A stretch of DNA of 58,798 nt, counting the filler, from Sphacelaria rigidula (Eukaryota), in the NCBI GenBank assembly GCA_964200075.2. It is 10 parts of 10 records of this genome, joined end to end, with 100 filler letters (N's around TTAATTAATTAA, not from the genome) between each part and the next. Parts side by side here need not be neighbours in the genome. Positions count along the whole stretch, not along the records: positions 11,782 to 17,571 come from CAXNAA020024440.1; positions 17,672 to 23,461 come from CAXNAA020024441.1; positions 23,562 to 29,351 come from CAXNAA020024442.1; 7 more parts are not named here. The stretch is one strand, 5' to 3'. Made by a program: the position numbers and the translations under genes. The notes beneath the pieces were generated by a model. The model did not search any database. It was not told the DNA's origin and saw nothing but the letters and a program-made list of their open reading frames with translations. Shown here in pieces: positions 11,782-24,622 of the stretch; position 1 is the first letter of the stretch; the number at the start of each line of letters is the position of its first letter.

Positions 11782-12712
11782 CCAACAATGAGCGAAGTTG
11801 AGAAATGTTAGTTGGCATCGGCAAATCAGTCATCGCCTTGACTTTGTTTGTATCCGGATGCAGGCCTGCTGGCGAAATGGAATGCCCCAAGAAATCCAAG
11901 TCAGTCGCGCCAAGGCAAGCTTTGGATGGAGACAGTTTCGAATCGTGCGTACGTAGGCGAGAGAAAAATTCTCGTAGAGTGCGTACATGTGCAATAGGTG
12001 AGGCATCGAAAGCGATAGCGTCATCCAAGCACATGATGATGTGCTCGAGGCCCTCGGTGACGCGTTGCATTAAGCGTTGAAAGCCTCGCGGGGCAGTGGC
12101 GGCGCCTTGTAGCATGCGGAGCCTCTCATAGAGTCCGGACGAGGTGCAAAAAGCCGTCAGTGGGACTGTGTCAGGGTGTATAGCATTCTCAAAAAATCCA
12201 GAAGCGAGGTCGAAGGTGCTGAATATTTTGCCTTCGCCTAAGGAGTCGAAGACTTCATCAATGCGGGGAATTGGAAGTTTACTGACGACAGTGACGCGGT
12301 TTAACCGTTGATAATTCACGGTGATGCGTTTGTTTCCATCCTTTAGGGGGACGACCACAAGTGGCGAGGCCCAGGGAGAGGAAGAATGTTGTATTAGTCC
12401 CGCTCCCAAATACGCATCCAAGATGGCGTTAACTTTCTTGGTAAGGATTGGGTTGGTACGGTATAGCCGAAAAGAAATCAGCGAGACACCGGGTTGGAGA
12501 GTAACCTCAAAGGGCAGTGTTTTGCAATGCCCAAGATCCGTCTTGGATCGGGAAAATCGGTCTTGGATGACTGCCGGTTCCCAGCCGGGCCCATGAAGGT
12601 CACAATTGATGTCGCGTATGTGTGGCGGCAGTTGGTCCCACATTTGCAAGAAGCTATTCCGAGAATCTGGTGATGAGCGTTGAAGCACTTCAGCAGGAAG
12701 ATCGGAATTTGA
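11782..12712 (-). pseudogene. Gypsy reverse transcriptase (partial)
   Basis: SSSPWASPLVVV, RITVNYQRLN, PIPRIDE, FSTFDLASGF, TAFCT, FLGH, LRSLL. The catalytic YLDD has become CLDD (12020-12031). Confidence 0.93.
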
Positions 12713-12716
12713 CTGG

Positions 12717-12965
12717 GAGTCATGCTACGACAGGGGGAGGGTATTTTGGGCCATTTTTTCCCACGAAATTCTGCTTGAAATCGTCGTTAATAGCAGCAAC
12801 GGTTGTTCAAATGCGCTTTCTTCCGATAAATAATGCTCATTCATACTGCTTGACATCGATTGTACCCAAATACAAGCGCACCGCGAGTGTGTCAGGTCGT
12901 CTGAAGCATTTATGAGCCCATTTTTTCGTGGAATCAAACACCCCCCCCCTATCGTAGCATGACTC
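12717..12965. mobile_element. 249-bp MITE inserted in pol, Sola-like (GAG termini, 4-bp TSD)
   Basis: TIRs GAGTCATGCTACGA(C/T)AGGGGG with a perfect CTGG TSD. Removing it restores the frame ...VHTVDPAQ-SNSDLPAEVLQRSSP... Confidence 0.88.
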
Positions 12966-13026
12966 CTGGGCAGGATCCACAGTGTGGACCTGGGGTGGAG
13001 TAGCAGAGGCGAGATCGAAATAAGGT

Positions 13027-14664
13027 TCATCGACACAATGTACTGACTCCGCCGGAGATGTGGTGTTTGGTGCGGCAGGCTCTGTGACGCACGTCACGAG
13101 TGGGATGTGCATCAGGGGAGCAGCGGCGATTCCTGAAACATTGCGGGTTCCAAGTTAGCATGTCCCGTAAGAGGGAGGAGTTGTGTTGTCCCGCCGACAC
13201 ACAATGTTCTGTGTCGGCTGGTGCGCCAATACGGGGTAATATTTCGGCAAGATAATGGCCCGTAAGTGCTGGCATGCCATTTCGGCGAACTACTGCAACT
13301 TCAAGAAGTTGGGGGTCGTCGGAGAGTGTTATACCCACACTACCGTTATATCGTAGGTGGTAAGCAGCTCCGGTTGCTTGAGGATTCTTCTGATAAGCCA
13401 GGGCGCCGTGGAGAGTACCGAAGTGCTCGAGGTTGAATTCTCCACGCGGCGGGGAATGTGGCGGTAATGGTAGAAGCGTGCGGTAGGTGCGTTTGATATA
13501 GCTATCTCTGCCCAATAATATGGCGTGATGCATGGTGCGGTCGGGGACAACGTATGCCCAGACTGCCAGGCTGGCAGATCGAGGGGTGTCGTGAAAGAAT
13601 TGCACACTGAGACGTACGGGTTTACGAGTCGTCAGTGGCGCGGCAGAGTCACCTAAACCGCCCCACACGCGAGGTTTGGTGGTGGTTTCGCAAGCTGCAG
13701 TAGCAGCGCCAGTCTGTTTCATGCGTTTCCATGTTGATTCTCGAATAAATGCTTGCGGGCTGCCGCTGTCCAACAAGGATACGCATTTCGTAGGCGTGAT
13801 AGCATTTGGACCGGCGTGGATCGCAACGCGAGTAGTAAAAGTGGCCGGATCTACAGACACTTTTCCGCCGACAAGATCCGGGCCGTGTTCCGGCAAGGTA
13901 AACTGGTCAGGATCAGCGGGGCTGACAGCAAAAACGCACGGCGGATGATCCGCCGGGGGGTCAGATGTCTCACCAGAGAAGGGGATGGACGGTATATTAT
14001 TTCCAGGTGTGGCACGATTATTGGCGATTTCGTAAGTGGTCGTCTTTGGTTGACAGGGATCACTGTCAAAGGGGGAGCCAGGATGTGCGGGGCTGAAGCC
14101 GTCGATTGAAGAAGTAGTGCCGTCAGAATCATGTGATATTGTTTCTTCCGGGATACTTGATAGAGCCGTCGAGCTCAAAGTCGTCGCATTTGGGAGAGAT
14201 TGAGGTCGAGGATTCCCGATCGAAAGAGGTGTACGTAATGATGCGCGCGCGTCGTTGGGGGCATGCTTACGGGGCTTTCTCTTTCGCCGTGACAAAGGTC
14301 GGGGAACTTCCAAAACATTTGGGGATGGAACCACGACTGCGTCCAGTTGCGTGGATGGGGTCAGCATCGGGGCATGACGGAGCGAAACTTGTGGGCTGCT
14401 TTCCGTAGGCAAGTTTTGCTGTTGGGGCATAGCCGAAGAGATGTTGGGGCGGTTGTTAATAAAACCGGCCGAAGGTAGGTCCGTGCGTCTTGAAAATCGC
14501 GGGGAAGGAGCCCGATCGAACTGATTGGGAATTACATGATCCGATGTCGTCAGATTCAAATCAGCAATACTTGGGTCAGCTGAAAAAGGCTTGCTGCTAC
14601 CTGTGCGTCGGCGGTCGCTGAGGGAAGCCTTTTCATCAGCGACTGGCGGTTGGTCTTCCCACAC
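13027..14664 (-). CDS. Gypsy pol N-terminal part: long Ser/Pro-rich linker plus aspartic protease
   Basis: 545-aa ORF containing LLDSGS and the downstream ILLGRD motif of retropepsins. Confidence 0.85.
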   Translation of the reverse strand: MWEDQPPVADEKASLSDRRRTGSSKPFSADPSIADLNLTTSDHVIPNQFDRAPSPRFSRRTDLPSAGFINNRPNISSAMPQQQNLPTESSPQVSLRHAPMLTPSTQLDAVVVPSPNVLEVPRPLSRRKRKPRKHAPNDARASLRTPLSIGNPRPQSLPNATTLSSTALSSIPEETISHDSDGTTSSIDGFSPAHPGSPFDSDPCQPKTTTYEIANNRATPGNNIPSIPFSGETSDPPADHPPCVFAVSPADPDQFTLPEHGPDLVGGKVSVDPATFTTRVAIHAGPNAITPTKCVSLLDSGSPQAFIRESTWKRMKQTGAATAACETTTKPRVWGGLGDSAAPLTTRKPVRLSVQFFHDTPRSASLAVWAYVVPDRTMHHAILLGRDSYIKRTYRTLLPLPPHSPPRGEFNLEHFGTLHGALAYQKNPQATGAAYHLRYNGSVGITLSDDPQLLEVAVVRRNGMPALTGHYLAEILPRIGAPADTEHCVSAGQHNSSLLRDMLTWNPQCFRNRRCSPDAHPTRDVRHRACRTKHHISGGVSTLCR

Positions 14665-15046
14665 CTCAGACTTATACTCGGTACTGAAGGACCAAGTTCA
14701 GTGCCGGGTGTAGGTCTGAGTCGCGGGGTGTCACAACTGTTACGCGGTGTGTGGAGAGACGACGGCGGGGGTCGATTTGAATGGCCGTCAGTTGCGCTCC
14801 TGCATAGTGCCGAGAGAGTCGGGCAGACAATCTTAGTCGCGGGCTCTGCGGGCTGTGTTGAAAATTGTGTGGAGCTTCGAGACGGGGGTCGATATGAACG
14901 GCCGTCAGTTATGCTCCTGGATAGTGCCGGGGGAGTCGAGTGAGCAATTTTCGACACGGACTCCGCGGGCTATGTTGACAAAGTCTTCGCTCGTGCTATC
15001 GACGGCGTGGAAGACCGAAGAACGCCGGCGTCGGCACGTCATGGAT

Positions 15047-17085
15047 CTAAGCGATCCGTAGTGAAGGTACCAGGGTTTCTGATGTTGGGATTAGAACTTT
15101 GAGTCTATCAGCGGAACTTTTGTTTTCGCGAGAATGTTTATCGTTCTGGCGAGGGTTCCCGTGATTGTTGTTGTGTCGGCGACCGCGATTAGAGTTTTTG
15201 TTGCCACGTTGGTTCGAATTGCTGCGGTAATTTCGAGTTGGTGGACGATAGTCGCGCATGCGGTTTTGCCATCGGCGCCACGCGGATTCATTGTCCTGCA
15301 ACTCAGGGTTCATGATATCGAAGGCATTGATGCATGGACTATCACAGTCGCGAATGCTGCGGCCTTTAACACTACAGTTGAGCAACTGTTGGCATGACTG
15401 CTGAAGGCATTGCGTCTAGCGGAAGACGAAAGAAGTGGGTTCCACAAATGGAGGAAATCGTTCGTGAATGCCGTTGTTGAAGTCAAATAAACATCATCCC
15501 AAGTTTCCTCGGAAAACGGCCAACCGTCAAAACTCGCGCTGAATGCATCTCTGGTACTCTGAACATGCATAACTGAACCGGCGACTGAGTCGGGGGTCCA
15601 TGAAGCGCGAGACGAACTCGAATTCCTGCCGCGAGCCCCTTGGGCATGAGCGGAGGACACAACCGTAGGTTGTGGATGCACGACGTTGAAGGTTTGCCAC
15701 GTATGGCAGGTGTTAGATCACTCTCCTGGTGTACAAAAGCAGACCACATAGTATCAACGGAGGCGTGAGGCACCTCGCGATGCGCCGAGACACCCGGAAA
15801 CAACGACGGCATCAGAGCCGGATACTGTTGAGCAACGCTATTGCGACGTAAGTCTGACACATTGCATCGCTCGGTCCATTCTGGCGTCCGACACCCGTCG
15901 TACCCGAAACCAAAAGCTTAAATTCGCGGAGATAATCCGCGAAGGGGACATCAGATGCGACGACAAAAGAACTCAACCTCTGGATGACGCTGGCTTGATC
16001 ACTTTCGTCAAAGTACCCTATGAGACGCCTTTCCAAATCAGAGAGTAATTTGGGGCCTCTTCCCTTGGGAACGATTCGGATCCATCTCGGCGAGGAATCC
16101 GTCGGGCACCTGCGTCAAAGAGGCAGCGAGGTCGGGAGAGCGGTGGCTGATCGATCGATGCATTGCTTTGTGCAAGGAAGTCTGCCAGCCCTCTGCCCAG
16201 TCTGAGTCTTCGAAACGTTGTGTGCCAATCTGCCATTCACATCCGCCAAGTGAAGGGTGTTACAAACAGTGCGGCGCATGGACGTGATGAGGGTAGAAGT
16301 AAACTGGCCCGAATCTTCGTTATCCGCGGCAGGCATGGGATTTTATGTGCCAGAGTTTTTTTCACATCCATCTGAATATACTCTACATAGCTAGTCGGGC
16401 AGACTCAGCTCTATCGGAAGCTGCTTTTTTGCTAGCTTCCGGACGTTCTTTGTCAGCCGCGGCGGTTGCTGAAGCGCGGGCTGCAGTAAAAGACAAAGGA
16501 CGGTCAGGTGTATCCGTATCGCACACACCTAAAATGCGGGCCGAAACATCAGCCAACTTAGGAATTACTTGCCTGGGGGTCTCCGAGCCCGAGGCGGGAA
16601 GAGCTGTACCGGACCGGTTCCAGGCCGATGCGGATGCGCCGGAAGAGTTGCCTCCGGTGTGCTTGCCTTTTGGCTTAAGGCGGGCAGTTTGATCCGGAGC
16701 CGCCCGAAGAGGATCCTACACCGCTATGGCGGCGGCGTGAATTCCCGCCATTGTTGTCATCGTCATCGCGACGGTGATTCTTCTTGTGATCGCGGCAATT
16801 GGAGCTTGTGGTGGTCCACCCATCCTCATCGTCGTCATCGTCGCGGAGAGGCGCGGCAGGATCAGAGCTAGAAGCGGCGCGTAGCGCCGCAAAAAGCTTG
16901 GTGACAGTGTCGACGTACCGGTGGAGATTCGGACTATCGCCGATTGTCGCCTGGAGGACCAGTTGGCCCAAGGTGATCGCCGACACGCGCGTCATCAGGG
17001 AAGAAGCCACCCTGTTCCACGTAGCCGCCAATAACGGCTAACATGCGTTGCGAGATGATGTTCCAAGCGTGGCGGGAACAGTGAC
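15047..17085 (-). pseudogene. Frameshifted gag-like ORF of the Gypsy element
   Basis: Fragments in several frames align with the contig 6 copy (LERRLIGYF, DVPFADYLREFKLLVSG, FDGWPFSEETWDDVY). Confidence 0.8.
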
Positions 17086-17409
17086 AGGATTCACTTGCCC
17101 AAGCCACCAAGACGGCGGCGCACAGAGCATTGCAGGAAGAGGAGACTGCAGCCTTGGCGGCCCAAAAGAGGGTTCGCGAGCTACGAGAGCATGTTCGGCG
17201 AACTACGCAAGAAGCTGATTCGTCGATGGCGCGGGTGACTTTCACCATCAAGCCTCCCCACCGCCTTTCGCCGACCACTTGCTTGAAGCTCGGACCTCCT
17301 CGACAGCCCACGCCCACCAGGTCGGACTACGTGATACCACGCAAGTCCGACAGGGCGTCCTCTGCAGCAACCGCCGCCGCCCCCGCGCCGCCTTGTGCAA
17401 AACACACAT

Positions 17410-17508
17410 ACATACATGGATTGTCCACTTGTTTCTGTTCCGATGTGCAAAACACACACGCACTCTAGTGGACAAAACAGAAACAAGTGGACAATCCAAG
17501 TAGATGTT
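17410..17508. repeat. Short inverted repeat or mini-MITE
   Basis: TGGATTGTCCACTTGTTTCTGTT ... AACAGAAACAAGTGGACAATCCA, a perfect 23-bp stem. Confidence 0.8.
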
Positions 17509-19969
17509 CTGGAACCGCCTCAACTAGTAGAGCAAGTCATTCCAAGGTGTCAAATTCCGCCTAGCTCTCTTNNNNNNNNNNNNNNNNNNNNNNNNNNNNN
17601 NNNNNNNNNNNNNNNTTAATTAATTAANNNNNNNNNNNNNNNNNNNNNNNNNNNNNNNNNNNNNNNNNNNNAACAGGCGATTTTACTGGTCAATGTGGAG
17701 TTGTTTTCCATGAAATTGTGACACGGTATACATGGGGTATATGTGAATCCCCTACCGTTTGCCCCCTCTTTTTTTTTCCTTCTCGTATGTTATTGGTGAT
17801 CTAAATTTCGGAACCGTTTTTTTCTGGTGCAAAAGCGTCGACAATTCCTTGAAAAAAAAATGTCAAGGGGGGACAATAGGGAGTTCAAAACGTACCTCAT
17901 GCGCATCGTGTCGAAATTTCGAGAAAAAATACTCAAAATTCAACAGCATAACCGCGTTTCATTTTTTCGTGGCCGGTTCATCTCCACATAGGAACCAGTC
18001 TTGGACACGAACACGCGATTTCACAGCTGAGATTCAGGTCGTTTTCAATAAAATTTTGACATGATCTACATGATGTATGTGCGAAGACGCTACTTTTTCC
18101 CCTTTACATTTTTTTTTTCTTTTCCCGTGAGTTATCGGCGACCAAACATTTCAGAACATTTTTTCGGAACAAAATCGTGAATAAGTTCAATATATATGTA
18201 TATATGGGGGGAAATGTGGCGTCTTGGCACATACATCCTGTACATCGTGTCAAAATTTCATAAAAAACAACCTGAAACTCAGCTGTTAATTAATCAAATC
18301 GCGTGTTCACATCCCTGTCCGCGTCTTAGGCGGCCCAGCCTGTAATCATCGATTGTCTCCTTGTTTTCCATGATTCTTGTCGGGATTTTCGCTGGATTCG
18401 TGCGCTACTTGAACCCTATCTGCCACATAGAGGTCAATAAGATTGCACTGTTCGGTTATTTGTTGTCCGGGCCTGTTCTGGGCTTCGATTCCCTTCGTTG
18501 GCTTCCTACAGTCCAGGGCAGCAGAAGGAGGAGAGCTGGAAAAAAAAAGTGCAGTCAGCATCGATATTATTTGACACACACCAAGATGGCACCAAGTCAA
18601 AGCAAGCGAAGCGTGCACCTTCGAAAGGAAGCGGCGTTCTAGCACACGGGCTCGTATACACAAGAGAGATACAATGTTGCGTTGGCTGTCTGATGTCCCG
18701 TGTGTAGAGTGCTTGCTTGTCTCCAGCGTTGTACCGCAATAACTTTCTGTCGCGATACTGACTGTATCTGTATCGCAACAAGATCCGCCAGAGCTGGTCA
18801 GTCAGTTGGCACCGTGCTTACTTGTCATGCATGTCTGTACGGCATCGATCAACGCGAGTCACCCAGAACAACAGCACGACAGCCTATGAAAGGGGGCCAG
18901 CGGCATTGATGCGTGTGAAGTCTTTTTCTCGGTTATGCTCCGTCCGAGCAACATGAAACACCACACAACGACGACGATGGAGCCATCTTGAATCGTGCCC
19001 CGTATCCAAGGCCGTGCAGATCAGCAGCAACTCAAGCGCAAATGGAGAATGCAACACCTATCCCGGCCACCGCAACCATACCGCGGGCATGGCGACATCC
19101 ATAGCGAACGTTGGGTACATTACCCAGTATACCAGTAGACAGAGCACCGCTCGTGAGGCTGCCGTCGTCTTGGATATCATCCTGCCTCCGCACGGTGCTG
19201 CACTGCGGCTGCGGGCACCACAAGACCGGCAAAACCATGTGTGACGGAACCCACACTAAAGTTAAGTTTGTACCATGAAATGTACTCTGAAACGTAGAGG
19301 GACTGGTCAAAAATTTAAATCAAATGACTTGAAATTAGTGTTTGTACTATGAAAATAAGCCCCTACCTATGGACCCACCGCCTGATATGAAGGCTTCTGC
19401 GCCGATGATTTTATTGAATTTTGTACGTTATAGTTGAAGCAGCCATGTCCCGCAGTATTTCACGGACTGTGCCCAGAGCAGAAACCATCGTGGAAACAGG
19501 GGTGATAACAATTAGCACGGACACTTAGCACAGCAGGCGTGGATCGGTGGCGCAAGAACCAGGATGGCGAAGGACGACCGTCACTGCATAGATAGCAAGC
19601 GGTTGTACTCCAAATCTGCCCCGGTCCGGGAGGTCATGGCTGAATTTATCACTGTGTTTTTAGAGCTGCGGGCGCCACTCTGCGCACACGGGTGCAGTTG
19701 GTGTCTGGCTTGAAACTATAATAGACTAGTACATAATTACATCATGTGTCACTGTGTGAGATGGGCAAAGATTGTTGGAAACTTGAACATATTCCGCAAG
19801 ACCTCGAAGTGGAAGCTGGTCTACCACCAAAACATTCACGCACAAACCAGAAACGGCCGTATTCCAAGTTGATACCGGGAGAAGAACACCACAACAACTA
19901 CTCCCGTGGTCGTCAGACTGTCAGCAAGCCCGTTGCGGAAGTTCTGGTACTGTCTGGAACGGAATGTTG

Positions 19970-20387
19970 CAAGGTTGTGTTCTGTAGGGTACGGTTTTCT
20001 GTATACCCGGGGTATTTTGCCATGTATTCACCGTACCCGACAGTTCTGTGACTTCTGTAAGACTTTCATACCGGTACCCGTCAGTTCTGTGATCTCTGTA
20101 AGAATTTCATACCCTTACCCGTTAGTTCTGTAACCTTTCTAAGACTCCCGTACCGTTACCGGGGGGCACGGGTACGTTCTTCATAAGATACTTGATTGCG
20201 GGTACTGTTTTCTGTGCAACCTCCCATACCGTACCCGACAAGTCCTGTAATTTCTGTAAGACTTTCATCCAGTACCGGTACCCGACAATTCTGTGAGCTC
20301 TGCAAGCCTTCCGTACCCCTAACCGGGGTTAGGGTATACCGTTATAGATATACCCGATTGCAGGTATGAGCACAGGTATATACCTTG
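19970..20387. mobile_element. MITE with CAAGG termini and internal tandem (GTACCCGACAGTTCTGTRAGTTCTGTAAG) subrepeats, copy 1
   Basis: Starts CAAGGTTGTGTTCTGTAGGGTACGG and ends TACCTTG. Homologous to 21029-21612. Confidence 0.8.
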
Positions 20388-21028
20388 GGGAGGTACGGAT
20401 AAAGCTTCAATCCTAATACAAGCCTCATGACCTGAACATGTACCTCCCATCGATCAACCCACCCAACTCCTTCATTCAAAACTGCACACCAACAATAATT
20501 CAATGTTGACAATTTTGTTAGTTTGGGATCTGACGGGATACAAGGTACCGCTGAGTGGAAACACGAAATATGAGCAGCCCTGCAGACCGTGAGGATAGAT
20601 CATCCCCAGACTCGAGTGGTGGCTCGAGCGGGGGAGGTTCATCTGCGCCACCAGAGGATCAAGTAGCAAGACGCACGTGATCGACGTTGATGATGGTTGC
20701 ATCGTGGTCATCAAATCCCAGGCCGTTATCGACATGTACAGCACAGAGTATGAGCTGCCACCAAAAGTCGTCAAGGCCGTCAGCGATTTTGTCGCGTGCC
20801 GAAGGGCTTCCAGAGAACGGGCAGCTGTGAATGCTCCTTCATGTACTCTCCGGGAGTGTACGTGATGCCGACAGATGTTGACGATCCCGTGCACATGTAC
20901 TACTGCAATCGTTCGTGTAGTCTTTCTCCATCAACCCCGTGAAGCCGGGTAGAATATTCGTGAACTATCATCTGTATTTCGCCACTGTTGTAGTGACGTA
21001 GGTCCCACCACAGGGGTGATGACGATAC

Positions 21029-21612
21029 CAAGGTCGTGTTCTGTAGGGTACGGTTTCCTCTATACCCGGGGTATTTTGCCGGGTATTTACCGTACCCGAC
21101 AGTTATGTAAACTCTGAAAGATTTCCATACCAGTACCCGACGATTCTGTAATCTCTGTAAGACCCTCATACCCGTACAGTACCCGATAGTTCTGTGAGTT
21201 CTGTAAGCCTCCCGTATCGTTACCGGGGGGCACGGGTATGCTCTTGATAAGATACCCGGTTGCGGGTACGGTTTTCTGTGCAACCTCCACACCCTACCCG
21301 ACACTTTCTGTGGGTTCTGTAAGCCTCCTGTACCGGTACCCGATAGTTCTGTGAGTTCTGTACAAAAAGTTCACCCTAACCCGAGGGGCGGGTATACGCT
21401 AGAAGAGTTAACCGATTGCCGGTACGGGTTTTCTGTAAGCCTCCCGTACCGTACCCGACGAGTTCTGTAATTTCTGTGATAGTTCCGTACCCGTACCCGA
21501 CAGTTCTGTAAACTCTGTAAGACTTTCATACCGGTACCCGACAGTCCTGTAAGTTCTGTAAGGAATCTCATACCCTACAGAACGTACCCGTACCTTACAG
21601 AACACAACCTTG
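21029..21612. mobile_element. MITE with CAAGG termini, copy 2 (both TIRs present)
   Basis: CAAGGTCGTGTTCTGTAGGGTACG ... CGTACCTTACAGAACACAACCTTG, with many ~40-bp subrepeats. Confidence 0.85.
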
Positions 21613-24591
21613 GATTCATGTTGCCCCTTGCCAGGAACGCCGGTGGCGGTCCTTGGCAGGAAGACCCACCGTTGGCGCGAGACCTAATGATTGAGCTGTG
21701 GAGCGAATTGCAGCGAGAACCCTGAGCCCCCAACCCTCACACATACAGCGGAGGCTAGAGGCTGATCCTTAGCTATATTTTTTCGAGCGATGATCCATAA
21801 CTGGGCAAAGATTCATGACACGGCTGGCAGGTTTCGTTGCTGCCTGCGTGCCCGATTGGTATCGTACCCTGCATCATTATAATCAGACAGCAGACAACAA
21901 ATGTTCATGAAACGAGCGCAATGCCGGTATCTACCGTTTCAACGCACATCGCGTCCTCAGCGCCTTACGCCACTGAACCTGTGGCATTGATACCTACCTG
22001 TAGTACTAACCGACATACCCTCAAAGCTCCGGCATCATCAAACACGAGGTGCGCCTTGCTTCGACGCCTCACCGTCCGAAATACCACCTCCACATCATTG
22101 AAAAGGAGGAAGACCGAGGTGGAATTCAGAGAGACAGGCCTTGACTAGCGCTCCACGCTATCGTACAACTCTGTACCCACTCTTGCTTGTGCTGCAACGA
22201 TTAACATCATCACTGATGCTACTATCGCTCCCGCTACTGCAGCTTCTATGGCTCGCGCGTGCGTGCGTCGGTGCTTTCTCGCGTGTATCTGACTAGCGCA
22301 ACCCCAAATTGTTCGGTGGTCGTTCTGTCGAAAATAAACCTTAAAGCATGGCAGCTCTATTTGCCCGCAGCTCCCTTTTGTAGAAAACACATCCTATGCA
22401 CACCGTCTATAGTTCCAAATCGTGCTCCACAACGATTGTTCCATTCACAGGAGACGAAATGGGTGCCGTCATGGTGGGTAAGGGCTAAGAGCTATCTGTA
22501 TATCACATAATTGATGTCAGTGCTCGCCCTCGTGTACATGCATATTGTAGACTCGAGAGTCGGAGTCTCGGTGGACACACCTCGGTTCCTTCCAAGAAGA
22601 GGCTTCGAGACCAGCAAGACACTCAACACAGTACAGTCGCGCAGCACAATTGCTCCCCTTTCATTCCCATTCCTCACCTTTTCTTCGTTCTCAGCATTGA
22701 TGACAAAAAAAGCACAACGGATCACCACAGCAGCCACCAGAGCCCTCTTCTTTATCGTCTCCAGCCCAGAGATTACCCACCTCGCCGCACGGCTGGACTC
22801 CAGGAGTAAAACCCCGACTGAATTTCTCCCTTCATTCATTACTTTTATCAACCATTTTGGGTCTGTCAGCTCCCGTCGGTCGTACATTTACGACATAATA
22901 ACACGCGGAAGAGGAATCTTCTCCCCACCTCCCTTCCCATGTGTTTGTCTAGTATGTATCATACGGACATGCTTCGTTTGACATTTCGCAACACTAAATC
23001 TACGGTTAGCTCTGTTGCCTTTCGAGCCCTCGAAAAAATAGCCCCCACCCCCTTCACATGCATAAGCTTGAGTGAAGAGATGTTTCTGGTGATGAAGAAG
23101 AAACAAATACGAAAATGAATGACGAAACATGTGCAGGTGTAATAAATAAAGCTCTACAGGATGCAACCATGCACACATAACGTGCATAATGTAGGGTAGC
23201 ACACAGGAGTTGCTGTCATGGATCTACATAGATTGCGATATTCATCACTCGTATCGATTTTACTGAGAATAGTAATGTTGGTATTTGTCGATGACGCTGC
23301 GTGCGGTTGTCCTTCCAATCTTGAATTTGGCATCTTACGACCGCAGGCCTCTCACATCAATTCACAGTCGTACTCGCTCTTCTTATTTTTTTTCCCCTTT
23401 ATTTTGGTAATGTGTCTGGTAAGGAATAGCAGGGACGGTATTGGAAAGGCGAGCCTACGTCNNNNNNNNNNNNNNNNNNNNNNNNNNNNNNNNNNNNNNN
23501 NNNNNTTAATTAATTAANNNNNNNNNNNNNNNNNNNNNNNNNNNNNNNNNNNNNNNNNNNNCGTACTCATTTGTTGCTTGCCTTAGTCACTTGACCATTG
23601 ACCACGCATCCCTTTTGACGCTTTGAGGGAGAGGGGGGGGGGGGGCGCAGAGGGGAGTTAGATAATGCAACCCACAAAATGCTCTCGCCAAAAGCAGAAG
23701 TTGAGGTGGCGTACCTCCGCATGCGTCACCCGCGCTGGTGCGACAAAGCGCGCTGCGGAAAGAGAGAAAAGGAAAATGAGGAGTGCACGACTGAGGGGAA
23801 AGGGAGGGAGGATTGGGGTCGGAATGATGTACTTCTCGTGCCATATGCCCGTACACAAATCATCGAATAAACAAGTACTGTGCGTATTCCTCGATTCGGA
23901 AAATCAACAGCGAAACGGCCAGCCGCACTCCTGGTCTGTGAGAGAGGAACGCCTAGGCATGGGTCATGTCGAAATAAAAAAAAAGTATGACTCGTTGATT
24001 TCATCGCACATGCCCTCCCGCGGCTTCTTCAAATCCTCCTCACCTCCACCAAGTGCTAGCATGTGATTGACAGCCAGCCGGTTGCCATCTATTTCCGCTC
24101 CCCAACCTACATCTACTTCCGCTCTCCAACCTACTACCTTATCCTGGAAGGAGAATCACGTCGGCCTGTATATCAAGAGCGCCATTGCCATTGCAGCTCT
24201 CACTAAGCACCAACCACAGTAGGATACGGGTCTGATGCAACGGGCCGATTTAACGCGGAGAGTCGCTCATCCGCCCCCCCCCGCCACCACCACAACAGAT
24301 GTTCGCGGATGATCTTGTGGGAATATCAGAAACATCGTAAGGATTGCAGAAGCAAATGGAAAAGGCGCTAGAATACACTAGGAAATGGATAGTGACAACA
24401 AACGTAAACAAAAGCGCGGTACTTGTATGTAACGAAGATAAGAACCCGGTAGGGTTCAAACGGAAGTGAGGAGAAGAGGAACAAATGGAAGGGTTCCTGG
24501 GATGCGCACATGAGTAAAGTAACAGAACAAGTGTAAACCGCAGATGGGCAGGATGGACGTGATCCTCAGAGACTCGCACCTAGATACCAGG

Positions 24592-24622
<31 letters not shown>

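Larger units (their letters stand above)
11782..17395 (-). mobile_element. Ty3/Gypsy LTR retrotransposon internal region (gag-PR-RT), disrupted
   Basis: Domain order is gag with a degenerate zinc knuckle (~15340-15385), aspartic protease LLDSGS (13759-13776), then RT. It carries frameshifts, a MITE insertion and an inversion. Confidence 0.93.

Noticed and set aside
22678..22862. Possible minus-strand exon with faint HORMA-domain resemblance (RAARWVISGLETIKKRAL)
   Set aside because: The acceptor is weak and no compatible neighbouring exon continues the motif. It would need an HMM search.
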